Below are positions 37,740 to 45,468 of a DNA stretch of 60,495 nucleotides, piece after piece. Every line of letters begins with the position of its first letter. Positions within the stretch are counted from its first letter, which is position 1. This DNA is from Candidatus Adlerbacteria bacterium RIFCSPHIGHO2_12_FULL_53_18 (lineage in GTDB: Bacteria; Patescibacteriota; Minisyncoccia; Phycocordibacterales; SBAW01): the NCBI GenBank assembly GCA_001775475.1, contig MEWW01000016.1, positions 1 to 60,495 on the forward strand, written 5' to 3'. A program made the translations under genes and the position numbers. The notes beneath the pieces were generated by a model, which did no database searches, was not told the DNA's origin, and saw only the letters and a program-made list of their open reading frames with translations.

Positions 37740-37758
37740 GTGGATAATCGGTGGATAG
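37740..37758 (+). promoter_or_regulatory. direct repeat GTGGATAA-N3-GTGGATAG between divergent promoters
   Basis: The repeats lie at 37740-37747 and 37751-37758, an 11-bp period. The second ends 10 nt upstream of the folA -10 box. They resemble DnaA-box complements (TGTGGATAA). Confidence 0.4.
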
Positions 37759-37768
37759 CGCACCATGA

Positions 37769-37774
37769 TATAGT
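37769..37774 (+). promoter_or_regulatory. -10-like hexamer TATAGT, 6 nt before folA GTG
   Basis: Plus strand reads TATAGT-cgagtc-GTG. Confidence 0.4.
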
Positions 37775-37780
37775 CGAGTC

Positions 37781-38299
37781 GTGGAGTCAAAAAAAACCAT
37801 TCGACAAGCTCAGGATAAACCTCGCATAAGCATCATCGTTTCTATAGGAAAAAACCTTGTCATTGGGCGCCAAGACAAGCTTATGTGGCCTATTCCGGAG
37901 GACTTAAAGCGAGTGAAGAGATTGACTATGGGGCATCCGATCATTATGGGCAGAAAAACACATAAATCTATCGGCAGGCCGCTTCCCGGCCGCACCAACA
38001 TCGTCATAACTCGCGACAGCGGCTACAAGGCCGAGGAGTGCATCGTAGTACACTCGCTCCAAGAGGCAATTGAAAAAGCACAGGAGGTCGAAAAAGAAGA
38101 GGTGTTCATCTTTGGCGGCGCACAGATTTATGAGCAAGCACTTCCTCTAGCCGACCGTCTTTATCTCACGCTCATTGATGATGAAAAGCCGGGCGACGCT
38201 TACTTTCCCCCATACGAACACCTCTTTACGAAAAAGCTCGCCGAGGAGAGCGGTGAGCATAACGGCCTAAAATATAAGTGGGTTAATTTGGAGCGCTGA
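37781..38299 (+). CDS. folA: dihydrofolate reductase
   Basis: Sequence ISIIVSIGKNLVIGRQDKLMWPIPEDLKRVKRLTMGHPIIMGRKTHKSIGRPLPGRTNIVITR is typical of DHFR. Confidence 0.88.
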   Translation: MESKKTIRQAQDKPRISIIVSIGKNLVIGRQDKLMWPIPEDLKRVKRLTMGHPIIMGRKTHKSIGRPLPGRTNIVITRDSGYKAEECIVVHSLQEAIEKAQEVEKEEVFIFGGAQIYEQALPLADRLYLTLIDDEKPGDAYFPPYEHLFTKKLAEESGEHNGLKYKWVNLER

Positions 38300-38722
38300 T
38301 TACTTTATGTCCACCCCCATCGAGCGGGCAGAGCCTGCAACGACTTTCATTGCCTGGTCTATATCGGTGGTGTTGAGGTCTGGCATCTTGCGCTCGGCAA
38401 TTTGCTTTACCTGCGCCTTCGAGAGCACGCCCACTTTTGCCGTGTTTGGGCGGCCAGAACCCTTTTCTTTCCCCAGAGCTTTCAATATGAGGCTCGAGAC
38501 CGGAGGGGTTTTAAGAACAAAGTCGTATGAGCGGTCTTCGTAGACCGAAATAATCGCAGGGACCATGTCGCCTTTCATCTCTTTAGACGCTTCGTTAAAC
38601 TTTTTAACAAACTCGCCGATGTTGATACCGGCAGGGCCCAAAACCTGGCCCATTGCAGGGGTCAAGGTCGCGGCGCCGCCGTTTGCAACAATCTTTATCT
38701 TTTTGACTACCTTCTTTGCCAT
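38300..38722 (-). CDS. rplK: 50S ribosomal protein L11
   Basis: Sequence KIKIVANGGAATLTPAMGQVLGPAGINIGEFVKKFN is typical of L11. Its stop codon abuts the folA stop codon. Confidence 0.95.
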   Translation of the reverse strand: MAKKVVKKIKIVANGGAATLTPAMGQVLGPAGINIGEFVKKFNEASKEMKGDMVPAIISVYEDRSYDFVLKTPPVSSLILKALGKEKGSGRPNTAKVGVLSKAQVKQIAERKMPDLNTTDIDQAMKVVAGSARSMGVDIK

Positions 38723-38740
38723 AAGCCTGGAGATATTACC

Positions 38741-39292
38741 CTATATTCTCTTTACCTGCAAAAAGTCCAACTCTACTGGCGTCTCGCGGCCAAACATGGC
38801 AACCAGGACCTTTACCTTGCCGCGAGCCTCGTCTACCTCGCCCACCTTGCCGTCGAGCTCCTTAAACGGCCCATCGACGATAGTGACGGAGTCGCCGATT
38901 GAGAGATCAATAGCGTGGCGGATAGAGCCTTCTGCCGCCTGCATGCGGCCCAGGAGTTCGTCCACCTCGTGCTGCTGCAGAGGCACCGGGTTTACGCCCG
39001 AGCCCACAAAGCCCGTGACACGCGGCGTGTTGCGCACCACATACCACGACTGATCGTCGACGATCATGTCCACAAGCACGTAGCCCGGGTAGACCTTCTC
39101 TTCCTCCTCAACGCGGCGACCGCCTTTAATTTTTACCGTGCGCTCGGTCGGGACAATTACTTGAAAAATCTTGTCAGACAGGCCGAGGGACTCTATACGC
39201 TGCCGGAGATTCCTAGCAACCGCATTTTCATACCCCGCATAGGTGTGTATCGCATACCATGCCCTGCCTACAGAAGTGTCTTGTTTTGCCAT
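38741..39292 (-). CDS. nusG: transcription termination/antitermination factor NusG
   Basis: I moved the start to MAKQDTSVGRAWYAIHTYAGYE. The KOW motif reads GDSVTIVDGPFKELDGKV. Confidence 0.92.
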   Translation of the reverse strand: MAKQDTSVGRAWYAIHTYAGYENAVARNLRQRIESLGLSDKIFQVIVPTERTVKIKGGRRVEEEEKVYPGYVLVDMIVDDQSWYVVRNTPRVTGFVGSGVNPVPLQQHEVDELLGRMQAAEGSIRHAIDLSIGDSVTIVDGPFKELDGKVGEVDEARGKVKVLVAMFGRETPVELDFLQVKRI

Positions 39293-39303
39293 ACGATTTG
39301 AGG

Positions 39304-39474
39304 TTAGACGATACGGAAGATAAAGGTAGAGAAGAGGTAGTCGAAGAGCCCCAAGTACACCGCCGCCGCAAGCGAGATAGCGATAACGACCGCAGTCGAG
39401 ATAATCGTTTGACGCCTGGTCGGCCACGAGACGTGTCTCATTTCAGCGCGAACTTCTCTCAAATATTGAATCAT
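39304..39474 (-). CDS. secE: preprotein translocase subunit SecE (56 aa, below ORF-track cutoff)
   Basis: Hand translation gives MIQYLREVRAEMRHVSWPTRRQTIISTAVVIAISLAAAVYLGLFDYLFSTFIFRIV. The gene lies immediately upstream of nusG. Confidence 0.75.
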   Translation of the reverse strand: MIQYLREVRAEMRHVSWPTRRQTIISTAVVIAISLAAAVYLGLFDYLFSTFIFRIV

Positions 39475-39575
39475 AGTAGCTTGTTAATTTATCCCTATGC
39501 GGTTAGTTTTCCTAAGAAAAAACCCCCTCGGACGGGGCTTCTTCTTATAATACCCTATTGGGGCTTATCGTCAAG

Positions 39576-40388
39576 TTACCTGATTTCGTAGGTTACAGAG
39601 ACGTTGGAAACCACTTTGTTTTCACCAGTCGAGATCTCCGGGGCCTTTTGAGCCACGGCTGACTCTGCTCCACCCATGCCGTAAGCCATGTCGCGCGAGT
39701 AGTAAGGAATAGGATACCCACTGCCGCTCTCGTTAAAGGAGACGACGCGCACAAGGGAGACCCCGAGCGAGCGGGCAAGCACCTCTGCCTTTTGTTTAGC
39801 GTTTGCAATGGCCTTGTCGCGTGCCTCGGCTTCTACCGCGTCAGGGTTGTCAAAGGTAAAGTTGAGCCCCGAGACTTCACTTGCACCAAGACCTCCAACG
39901 CCTGTCAGAAGATCGCCCGCCGCCGCCGTGTCCCGCACTTTTACCGTGGTGGTCTGGCGCACTTCGTAACCGCGCAGACGCTGCTCGCCCGGGGGGCAGA
40001 TGCCGCCCGCTACGCAGGTTTGCTGTACCCAGTCGTACTGCGGATACACCGAGTAGCCGGTCGTTTGGATGTCGCGCTCGGCGACGCCCCCCTCTTTGAG
40101 GTACGCGGTTATTGCGTTTGCTTTAGTAGTCGCGTCGTCCTGCGCCGCCGCAACCGTTGACCTCTCCGACACGACGCTAAAGGTAAAGGTCGCAATGTCC
40201 GGCACCGCCACTGCTTCGCCGTAGCCCGATACGTTTATCGTATTCGCAGGCATTACCCCCGCGCCGATGTAATGCAGGTTCATAAACTCACCGAACGTTT
40301 TAACGCCCAAAAACACGACCAAGACCACGACTGCGCTTAAAATTGCCAAGCGCAGCTTTTCTCCCCGAGGACCCTCAAACATTTCCAT
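39576..40388 (-). CDS. SIMPL/DUF541-family secreted protein
   Basis: An N-terminal TM helix is followed by NVSGYGEAVAVPDIATFTFSV...A pattern typical of 26-kDa periplasmic immunogenic protein homologues. Confidence 0.7.
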   Translation of the reverse strand: MEMFEGPRGEKLRLAILSAVVVLVVFLGVKTFGEFMNLHYIGAGVMPANTINVSGYGEAVAVPDIATFTFSVVSERSTVAAAQDDATTKANAITAYLKEGGVAERDIQTTGYSVYPQYDWVQQTCVAGGICPPGEQRLRGYEVRQTTTVKVRDTAAAGDLLTGVGGLGASEVSGLNFTFDNPDAVEAEARDKAIANAKQKAEVLARSLGVSLVRVVSFNESGSGYPIPYYSRDMAYGMGGAESAVAQKAPEISTGENKVVSNVSVTYEIR

Positions 40389-40429
40389 ACCTTATAAAAA
40401 CTACTTAATAATGGTTCGCTTATATGACG

Positions 40430-41104
40430 CTATCGAACCGAATTAATTACAGCCATGATTTGCGCATACGGTAAGGCACCGCTTATCGGCACTTGCCTTT
40501 CCCCCGCCACTACTATCGTAAAGGGCGTGCCAGTGCCACCGTTTGCCTGGGCATCGAGCGCTTGCGCGTCTATTTTTGAAAGATATGTTTCGCTCTCAAC
40601 GCAGGCTCTGTACTGCGCGACATCCGCGCCAAACTCTCCCGCAAGCGCTTCGTAGCGGGCCTCGCTCATGCCGCTCTGCTCCGCAAACATGTCGTCTGCA
40701 AACGCCCAAAAACCCTCATTACCCAGCTGCTCGGCAATACATTCGGAGGCCAAGGCCGAAGGCAATGCCTGCGGGTGGATGCTCTCAAGAGGCAAATGCC
40801 GGTACACCCACGCTACTTCTCCCCCGGACTCTTCGACAATGCGCTGCAGTGTTGGGTGTATCATCGCGCAGAACGGGCATTGAAAGTCGGAGTATTCAAC
40901 AAGTACGATCGGGGCCTCCGGTGAGCCTATCCAGTGGTCGCTTGCACTCGGAGCCGCTACGTTTGCCTCAACTACCGGATCTTCAACGGCTACGGTAGGT
41001 TGCGCAGGGCCGAGGTTCACAAACAAAATCGCACCGGCCACAAAAACGCCCGCAAGCAGTATCGCAACCGAGGGTGTCAACTCAAACTTTTTTTCTTCTG
41101 GCAT
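40430..41104 (-). CDS. DsbA-family thiol:disulfide oxidoreductase (membrane-anchored)
   Basis: A TM anchor is followed by EYSDFQCPFCAMIHP, which contains the CPFC active site. Confidence 0.75.
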   Translation of the reverse strand: MPEEKKFELTPSVAILLAGVFVAGAILFVNLGPAQPTVAVEDPVVEANVAAPSASDHWIGSPEAPIVLVEYSDFQCPFCAMIHPTLQRIVEESGGEVAWVYRHLPLESIHPQALPSALASECIAEQLGNEGFWAFADDMFAEQSGMSEARYEALAGEFGADVAQYRACVESETYLSKIDAQALDAQANGGTGTPFTIVVAGERQVPISGALPYAQIMAVINSVR

Positions 41105-41119
41105 ACTCTACACGCTAGC

Positions 41120-41551
41120 CTACTTCTTCTCTTTGAGCAAATCACGGATCTCCTCAAGCAAGCGTTCTTGCGCGGGCTTTTCATACGGCGGCGCAGGCTT
41201 CTGCTCCTCCTGCACAAAGAGACGCTTTCGAGCGCTTGAAATTATCTTAAAGACCAAAAAGATCGAAACCGCGATAAAAAAGAAATCGAATATTGCCTGC
41301 AAAAATGCGCCGTAGGTAAGAACGACATCGGACGCTCCGCCCGCGTCCTCCCGAAGTGTAACCGAGAGGTGTTTAAAGTCGGCGCTGCCGGTCATAAGGG
41401 CGATGGTTGGCGTGATGACATCCGCCACAAGCGAGCTTATGATTTTGCCGAAGGCGCCGCCGACGACTACGCCTATTGCCAGCTCCAAGGCGTTCCCCTT
41501 GATGGCAAACCCTTTAAACTCCTCAAGCACTCCGCGAGTTTTTTTAAGCAT
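41120..41551 (-). CDS. mscL: large-conductance mechanosensitive channel
   Basis: I moved the start to MLKKTRGVLEEFKGFAIKGNALELAIGVVVGGAFGKIISSLVADVITP. Confidence 0.88.
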   Translation of the reverse strand: MLKKTRGVLEEFKGFAIKGNALELAIGVVVGGAFGKIISSLVADVITPTIALMTGSADFKHLSVTLREDAGGASDVVLTYGAFLQAIFDFFFIAVSIFLVFKIISSARKRLFVQEEQKPAPPYEKPAQERLLEEIRDLLKEKK

Positions 41552-41636
41552 TTCTTCCGTTAGGTGTTCTTTTGATAGTTTGGTGAGCCTCCGCATTACA
41601 CCATATATGCCACACGCCGACTAGAGACTCCATGAA

Positions 41637-42068
41637 TTAGGAGTTTTTCTGCAGGCGCTCAAGGTCTTTGGCGAGTTTTTGCAGGCCCTGTCGGATTTCC
41701 TGGAGCGTCACTTTTTGCTCCTCTTTGCGCCGCTCGTCTTCCTTTTCCTCTTCGGTCATTTCCTCGACATCCTCCTGCAGCTCGTCGATGTCCTCCTGAA
41801 TTTCGTCGATGTCCTGCTCGACCTCCTCGAGACTCTCGGTTGTCTGGTTCACCGTAAGCTGGATAAAAATAGCGAGGTAAATCGCCTCAAGCGACACGAC
41901 GGTGGTGAGGATAAGCAGCATGCGGTCGAAGTTGAGCACCCCTGCCCATACTGCGCCAAAACTCACGACAAACAATATCGTGTGGACCGCAATAGACTCC
42001 ACCGACCCTATCCAGCGCGTAACAGAAAATACGGCGCCGCGCGTTCTTTTTTTCAAATCTTGCGCCAT
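41637..42068 (-). CDS. two-TM membrane protein with acidic coiled-coil tail (DUF1003 / low-affinity iron permease-like)
   Basis: Two TM helices are followed by EEVEQDIDEIQEDIDELQEDVEEMTEEEKEDERRKEE. The family call is tentative. Confidence 0.45.
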   Translation of the reverse strand: MAQDLKKRTRGAVFSVTRWIGSVESIAVHTILFVVSFGAVWAGVLNFDRMLLILTTVVSLEAIYLAIFIQLTVNQTTESLEEVEQDIDEIQEDIDELQEDVEEMTEEEKEDERRKEEQKVTLQEIRQGLQKLAKDLERLQKNS

Positions 42069-42097
42069 ATAGAAAGAATACCACTAACTTTTATCTG

Positions 42098-42170
42098 GGT
42101 GCCTATCCGGATTCGAACCGGAATTGACTCCTCCACAGGGAGCAGTGTTAACCATTACACTATAGGCACC
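42098..42170 (-). tRNA. tRNA-His (GTG) with encoded G-1
   Basis: The reverse complement reads G-GTGCCTA-TA-GTGT-AATGGTTA-ACAC-T-GCTCC-CTGTGGA-GGAGT-CAAT-TCCGG-TTCGAAT-CCGGA-TAGGCAC-C. Confidence 0.9.
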
Positions 42171-42196
42171 ATGCACTGCTGACCGGGCACTATGCG

Positions 42197-43195
42197 CTAG
42201 AGAATACCTTTTTTAAGCGCTCTGCGCGAGGATATGTAGGCGAGGGTGACAAACATAAGGCCGATAAGTCCTATCACCGCCTCCGGGATATGTATCACGA
42301 GCCCTGCGAGCATGGCGAGCGCGAGCCCCAAAATTGCCCAGTGCGCGCCGTGCTCAAGATACTTCAGCGTCTCGAGCGTCTTTTTGCGCACAAGGTGGAC
42401 GGTGATGGTACGCACAAAGAACGCGCCAATGCCAAGACCAACAAAGATAATCGGAATAGCGGTGGTGAGTGCAAACGCACCGATAACACCGTCGAGTGAG
42501 AAGGCGGCATCAAGAATGTTGAGGTAGATAAAGAGCACGAGGCCTGTCTGCGTTGCCATGCTTGCCGCATGGCCGTTGTCCATGCGAAGCGTGTTTGCAA
42601 TGCCCTGAATCACGATAAAAAGGAGGATACCGATGCAGCCCGCTGCAAGTACCGGCCCCTGCGGCGCATGTGCGAGGTACGAGAGCATGAGCACGATTGA
42701 GAGCGCGAGTGCCAACTCTATCGCCTCTATTCTCCCCCAGCGCGCGAGCCGACTCTCAATCATTGCAAGCCAGTGCACCTTCTTGCCGACATCAAAGAAG
42801 TATTTGAGCGAGACCATGAGGAGAAACGCACCGCCGAAGGCGCCGATGAGCGGCGTTGCTTCAGCAAGGAGTCGCCCGTACTCTTCCGGATTTTCAAGCG
42901 CGAGAATCGCGGCGGTTATGGGCGAGACGAGAGCCGCGATGCTTACAATAATTGCCGGGAGAATAAGCCGTGTGCCGAAGACCGCAAACAGTATACCCCA
43001 GGTCAAGAAACGGCGTTGCCACTTCTCGCTCATTTGTGCGAGCACTTTCGCGTTAACGACTGCGTTGTCAAAGGAGAGCGTAACTTCGAGTACTGAGAGC
43101 AGACACGCAAGCAGAAATGCCGCCCACCCGCCCCATATGAAAATGGCCCCGAGTGCTACCACCGAAATTACGACTGGCGCGATAAAAAGTCTCAT
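42197..43195 (-). CDS. integral membrane protein, DUF475/TerC-like
   Basis: The motif LEVTLSFDNAVVNAKVL is present, with a second half-repeat DAAFSLDGVIGAFA. The protein has about 9 TM helices. Confidence 0.6.
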   Translation of the reverse strand: MRLFIAPVVISVVALGAIFIWGGWAAFLLACLLSVLEVTLSFDNAVVNAKVLAQMSEKWQRRFLTWGILFAVFGTRLILPAIIVSIAALVSPITAAILALENPEEYGRLLAEATPLIGAFGGAFLLMVSLKYFFDVGKKVHWLAMIESRLARWGRIEAIELALALSIVLMLSYLAHAPQGPVLAAGCIGILLFIVIQGIANTLRMDNGHAASMATQTGLVLFIYLNILDAAFSLDGVIGAFALTTAIPIIFVGLGIGAFFVRTITVHLVRKKTLETLKYLEHGAHWAILGLALAMLAGLVIHIPEAVIGLIGLMFVTLAYISSRRALKKGIL

Positions 43196-43215
43196 TGTGT
43201 ATTACAGAAAACCGG

Positions 43216-43297
43216 TGCCCGGGAGAGGACTCGAACCTCCACGCCTTGCGGCACATCCACCTCAAGGATGCTTGGCTACCAATTACAACACCCGGGC
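43216..43297 (-). tRNA. tRNA-Leu (GAG), type II
   Basis: The reverse complement reads GCCCGGG-TG-TTG-TAATTGGTAGC-CAA-G-CATCC-TTGAGGT-GGATG-TGCCGCAAGGCGT-GGAGG-TTCGAGT-CCTCT-CCCGGGC-A. Confidence 0.9.
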
Positions 43298-43303
43298 ATC
43301 CAC

Positions 43304-43780
43304 CTATTCTACTGCACCCTCTTGATTTACAGGGGTGGAGGGTGCTACCTCCTCAACCACTTCTGCAGGAGCAGCTACCTGCAACTGCCGGCGCATCGCA
43401 CGTTTGACGTCTCGAGCAGCCTTGCGGCGGATAAAGTAGAGCTTGGCGCGGCGCACTCGTGCGCGGCGCACCACTTCTATAGTGTCAACAAGCGGCGAGT
43501 ACAGCGGGAAAATGCGCTCCACCCCAACTCCGCTAGCGACACGGCGTACCGTAAACGTGGAGCCAGCCTCAGTGCCGTGTTTTACTGCCAAGACCGTGCC
43601 CTCAAAGGCCTGGCGGCGGGCACTTTTGGTAACCACCTCTTTTTTGTTTGCTGCCTTACCTTTTTTGAGCTCGACGATGTTTTGCCAGACACGCACGGTG
43701 TCTCCGGCACGCAGCGAGAGAGCTTGACGCGCCTTCATATCAACCGGTGAGACTTTAACTGCTGACTGCATTGCCGACAC
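43304..43780 (-). CDS. rplS: 50S ribosomal protein L19 (C-terminal extension)
   Basis: Sequences RAGDTVRVWQNIVE...FEGTVLAVKHGTEAGSTFTVRRVASGVGVERIFPLYSP are typical of L19. The start is either GTG at 43780 or ATG at 43771. Confidence 0.88.
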   Translation of the reverse strand: MSAMQSAVKVSPVDMKARQALSLRAGDTVRVWQNIVELKKGKAANKKEVVTKSARRQAFEGTVLAVKHGTEAGSTFTVRRVASGVGVERIFPLYSPLVDTIEVVRRARVRRAKLYFIRRKAARDVKRAMRRQLQVAAPAEVVEEVAPSTPVNQEGAVE

Positions 43781-43797
43781 ACTTTAACACACGAGAT

Positions 43798-44457
43798 TCA
43801 ACCCCGCAAACGCGCCTCTGCTGCAATAAAATCAGCAGGAAGCGGCGCCTCAAAGGTCATCTCGCGGCCCTGTGGATGCGTGAAGGTAAGGGAGAGCGCA
43901 TGGAGAGCCAGCCGCTCAAATCCAAGGAGTTTCGGCCTCCCCGGCGCGTATAAGGGGTCGCAGATAATCGGGTGCTGTATCGCCGAGAAGTGCACGCGGA
44001 TCTGGTGCGTGCGGCCGGTTTTTGGAAACACTTCTACGTACGCAGCGTCGGAGCCATTTTGGATGACCCGGTAGGTCGTGAGCGCGTCGCGGGTTGCGCC
44101 ATGCGGCAGGTGTGCCGAGCGCGGGCCCTTGCCGCCGCGCGCAGAGCCGATGGGCTTGTCGATGACCCCGCGCTCGGCCTTGAGTGCGCCGTATACAAAC
44201 GCGCGATACGTCTTTTTTATCTCTCTGTTTTGAAACTGGCTTTTTAAAAACTCGAACGCTTTTTCTGTCCGAGCCACCACTAAGACCCCGCTCGTCTCGC
44301 GGTCGATGCGATGCACGAGATGAAAGCCGGGATACTTTTTCTCAAGCCACTCGGTTAATGCCGGATAGTCATGCGTTTTGTCGGGATGCACGATAACGCC
44401 CGCAGGCTTGTTAATCACAAGCAAGTCATCGTCTACGTAAAGAATCTCTGGGTCCAT
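43798..44457 (-). CDS. RluA-family pseudouridine synthase
   Basis: I moved the start to MDPEILYVDDDLLVINKPAG because the longer ORF reads through tRNA-Val. The catalytic motif HRIDRETSGVLVVA is present. Confidence 0.85.
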   Translation of the reverse strand: MDPEILYVDDDLLVINKPAGVIVHPDKTHDYPALTEWLEKKYPGFHLVHRIDRETSGVLVVARTEKAFEFLKSQFQNREIKKTYRAFVYGALKAERGVIDKPIGSARGGKGPRSAHLPHGATRDALTTYRVIQNGSDAAYVEVFPKTGRTHQIRVHFSAIQHPIICDPLYAPGRPKLLGFERLALHALSLTFTHPQGREMTFEAPLPADFIAAEARLRG

Positions 44458-44461
44458 TGTG

Positions 44462-44534
44462 TGGGCGATACAGGACTCGAACCTGTGACCTTCCCCGTGT
44501 AAAGGGGTTGCTCTACCAACTGAGCTAATCGCCC
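44462..44534 (-). tRNA. tRNA-Val (TAC)
   Basis: The reverse complement reads GGGCGAT-TA-GCTC-AGTTGGTA-GAGC-A-ACCCC-TTTACAC-GGGGA-AGGTC-ACAGG-TTCGAGT-CCTGT-ATCGCCC-A. Confidence 0.92.
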
Positions 44535-44638
44535 ATCTTTCTCTGTGGTCACGAATAATTGCTCGCCGACGCTCACAATTTTCGCGACCCCGGCTCGCGG
44601 TTTTGCCATTGCAAAACATCGCTGCGCCTGGCTTACGT

Positions 44639-44670
44639 GTTGAAAAAACAAAGCAGTTTGTTTTTTCAAC
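44639..44670. terminator. perfect 14-bp AT-rich hairpin between tRNA-Arg(TCT) and tRNA-Val
   Basis: GTTGAAAAAACAAA-gcag-TTTGTTTTTTCAAC. The internal U-runs make it a possible bidirectional terminator. Confidence 0.55.
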
Positions 44671-44674
44671 CGTG

Positions 44675-44746
44675 TGCCCCTGCGAGGAATCGAACCTCGA
44701 ACAGCGGCTTAGAAGTCCGCGGTTATATCCATTTAACTACAGGGGC
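44675..44746 (-). tRNA. tRNA-Arg (TCT)
   Basis: The reverse complement reads GCCCCTG-TA-GTTA-AATGGATA-TAAC-C-GCGGA-CTTCTAA-GCCGC-TGTT-CGAGG-TTCGATT-CCTCG-CAGGGGC-A. There is an A31/G39 mismatch. Confidence 0.88.
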
Positions 44747-44799
44747 TCCCCCGACCCACACAACGGCATAATAAATGAAAAATGCCAATAGCGCGAGGG

Positions 44800-45465
44800 C
44801 TACCCTTGGGTCTTTTCCCACTCTTTAAGCGTTGAGCGGAAAAGGAGAAACCCGAGCGGGATAAGGATGGCCCCAGCAGCAAGCGCTGCCGGCAGTACCC
44901 ACCACAGCCCCAGGGTGAGCGCAGATCCGAGGCCCGCGAGCGCCATCGTGGGTATAAGCCCAATCGGCACATAGATAAGGAAAAATGGGATGAAGCTGAT
45001 GCGGGTTAGTCCTGCACCGTAGGCAACAACTTCAGGCGCAGGCATAAAGCACACTCGTGCTACAAGAAAACCCTTAACCGTACCCATCATCTTAAGCGCG
45101 CGGGCAAGAAACTTCTGGTCGTCGCCAAGAAACTTCTCGACCAGGTGTCGCCCGAAGATACGACTTAGGTAAAATGCGATAATCCCGCCAAGCGCGTCGC
45201 CAATCACAAGAAGACCTACTCCTTTCCAAAACCCGAAGAGTGCTCCTGCAAGCGGATAGAGCGGCGACCCGCCAAGAGGCGCGATGACAACGGTTGATGC
45301 TTTGGCGAGTATCAGGGCGAGCGGAGCCCAGAAGCCCGCGCGCTTAATGGTTTCCTGAACCTCGGTAAGGCCGAAGTAGCGCAACAGAACATAAATACCT
45401 CCCAAGATAACCGTAAGGCTAACTAAGCTTGTGAGAAGTTGTTTTTTTGATACGCCGGTTTCCAT
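44800..45465 (-). CDS. TVP38/TMEM64 (DedA-superfamily) membrane protein
   Basis: The sequence shows the pattern APLALILAKASTVVIAPLGGSPLYPLAGALFGFWKG...IIAFYLSRIFGR. Confidence 0.7.
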   Translation of the reverse strand: METGVSKKQLLTSLVSLTVILGGIYVLLRYFGLTEVQETIKRAGFWAPLALILAKASTVVIAPLGGSPLYPLAGALFGFWKGVGLLVIGDALGGIIAFYLSRIFGRHLVEKFLGDDQKFLARALKMMGTVKGFLVARVCFMPAPEVVAYGAGLTRISFIPFFLIYVPIGLIPTMALAGLGSALTLGLWWVLPAALAAGAILIPLGFLLFRSTLKEWEKTQG

Positions 45466-45468
45466 ACT

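Noticed and set aside
39517-39545. tRNA-Trp or rpmG upstream of secE, as in many bacteria
   Set aside because: The 100-nt gap contains only a weak CCCC/GGGG hairpin with a T-run, probably the terminator of 39576..40388. No cloverleaf or L33-like ORF is present.
43798-44619. Track ORFs that read through tRNA genes
   Set aside because: These are the N-terminal 54 aa of 43798..44619 and the ORFs at 46096..46641, 46198..46398, 44433..44669 and 48101..48517. The segments are translations of tRNA-Val, tRNA-Ser and tRNA-Arg sequences. A proper internal start exists for the rluA-family gene, and the others have no coding support.
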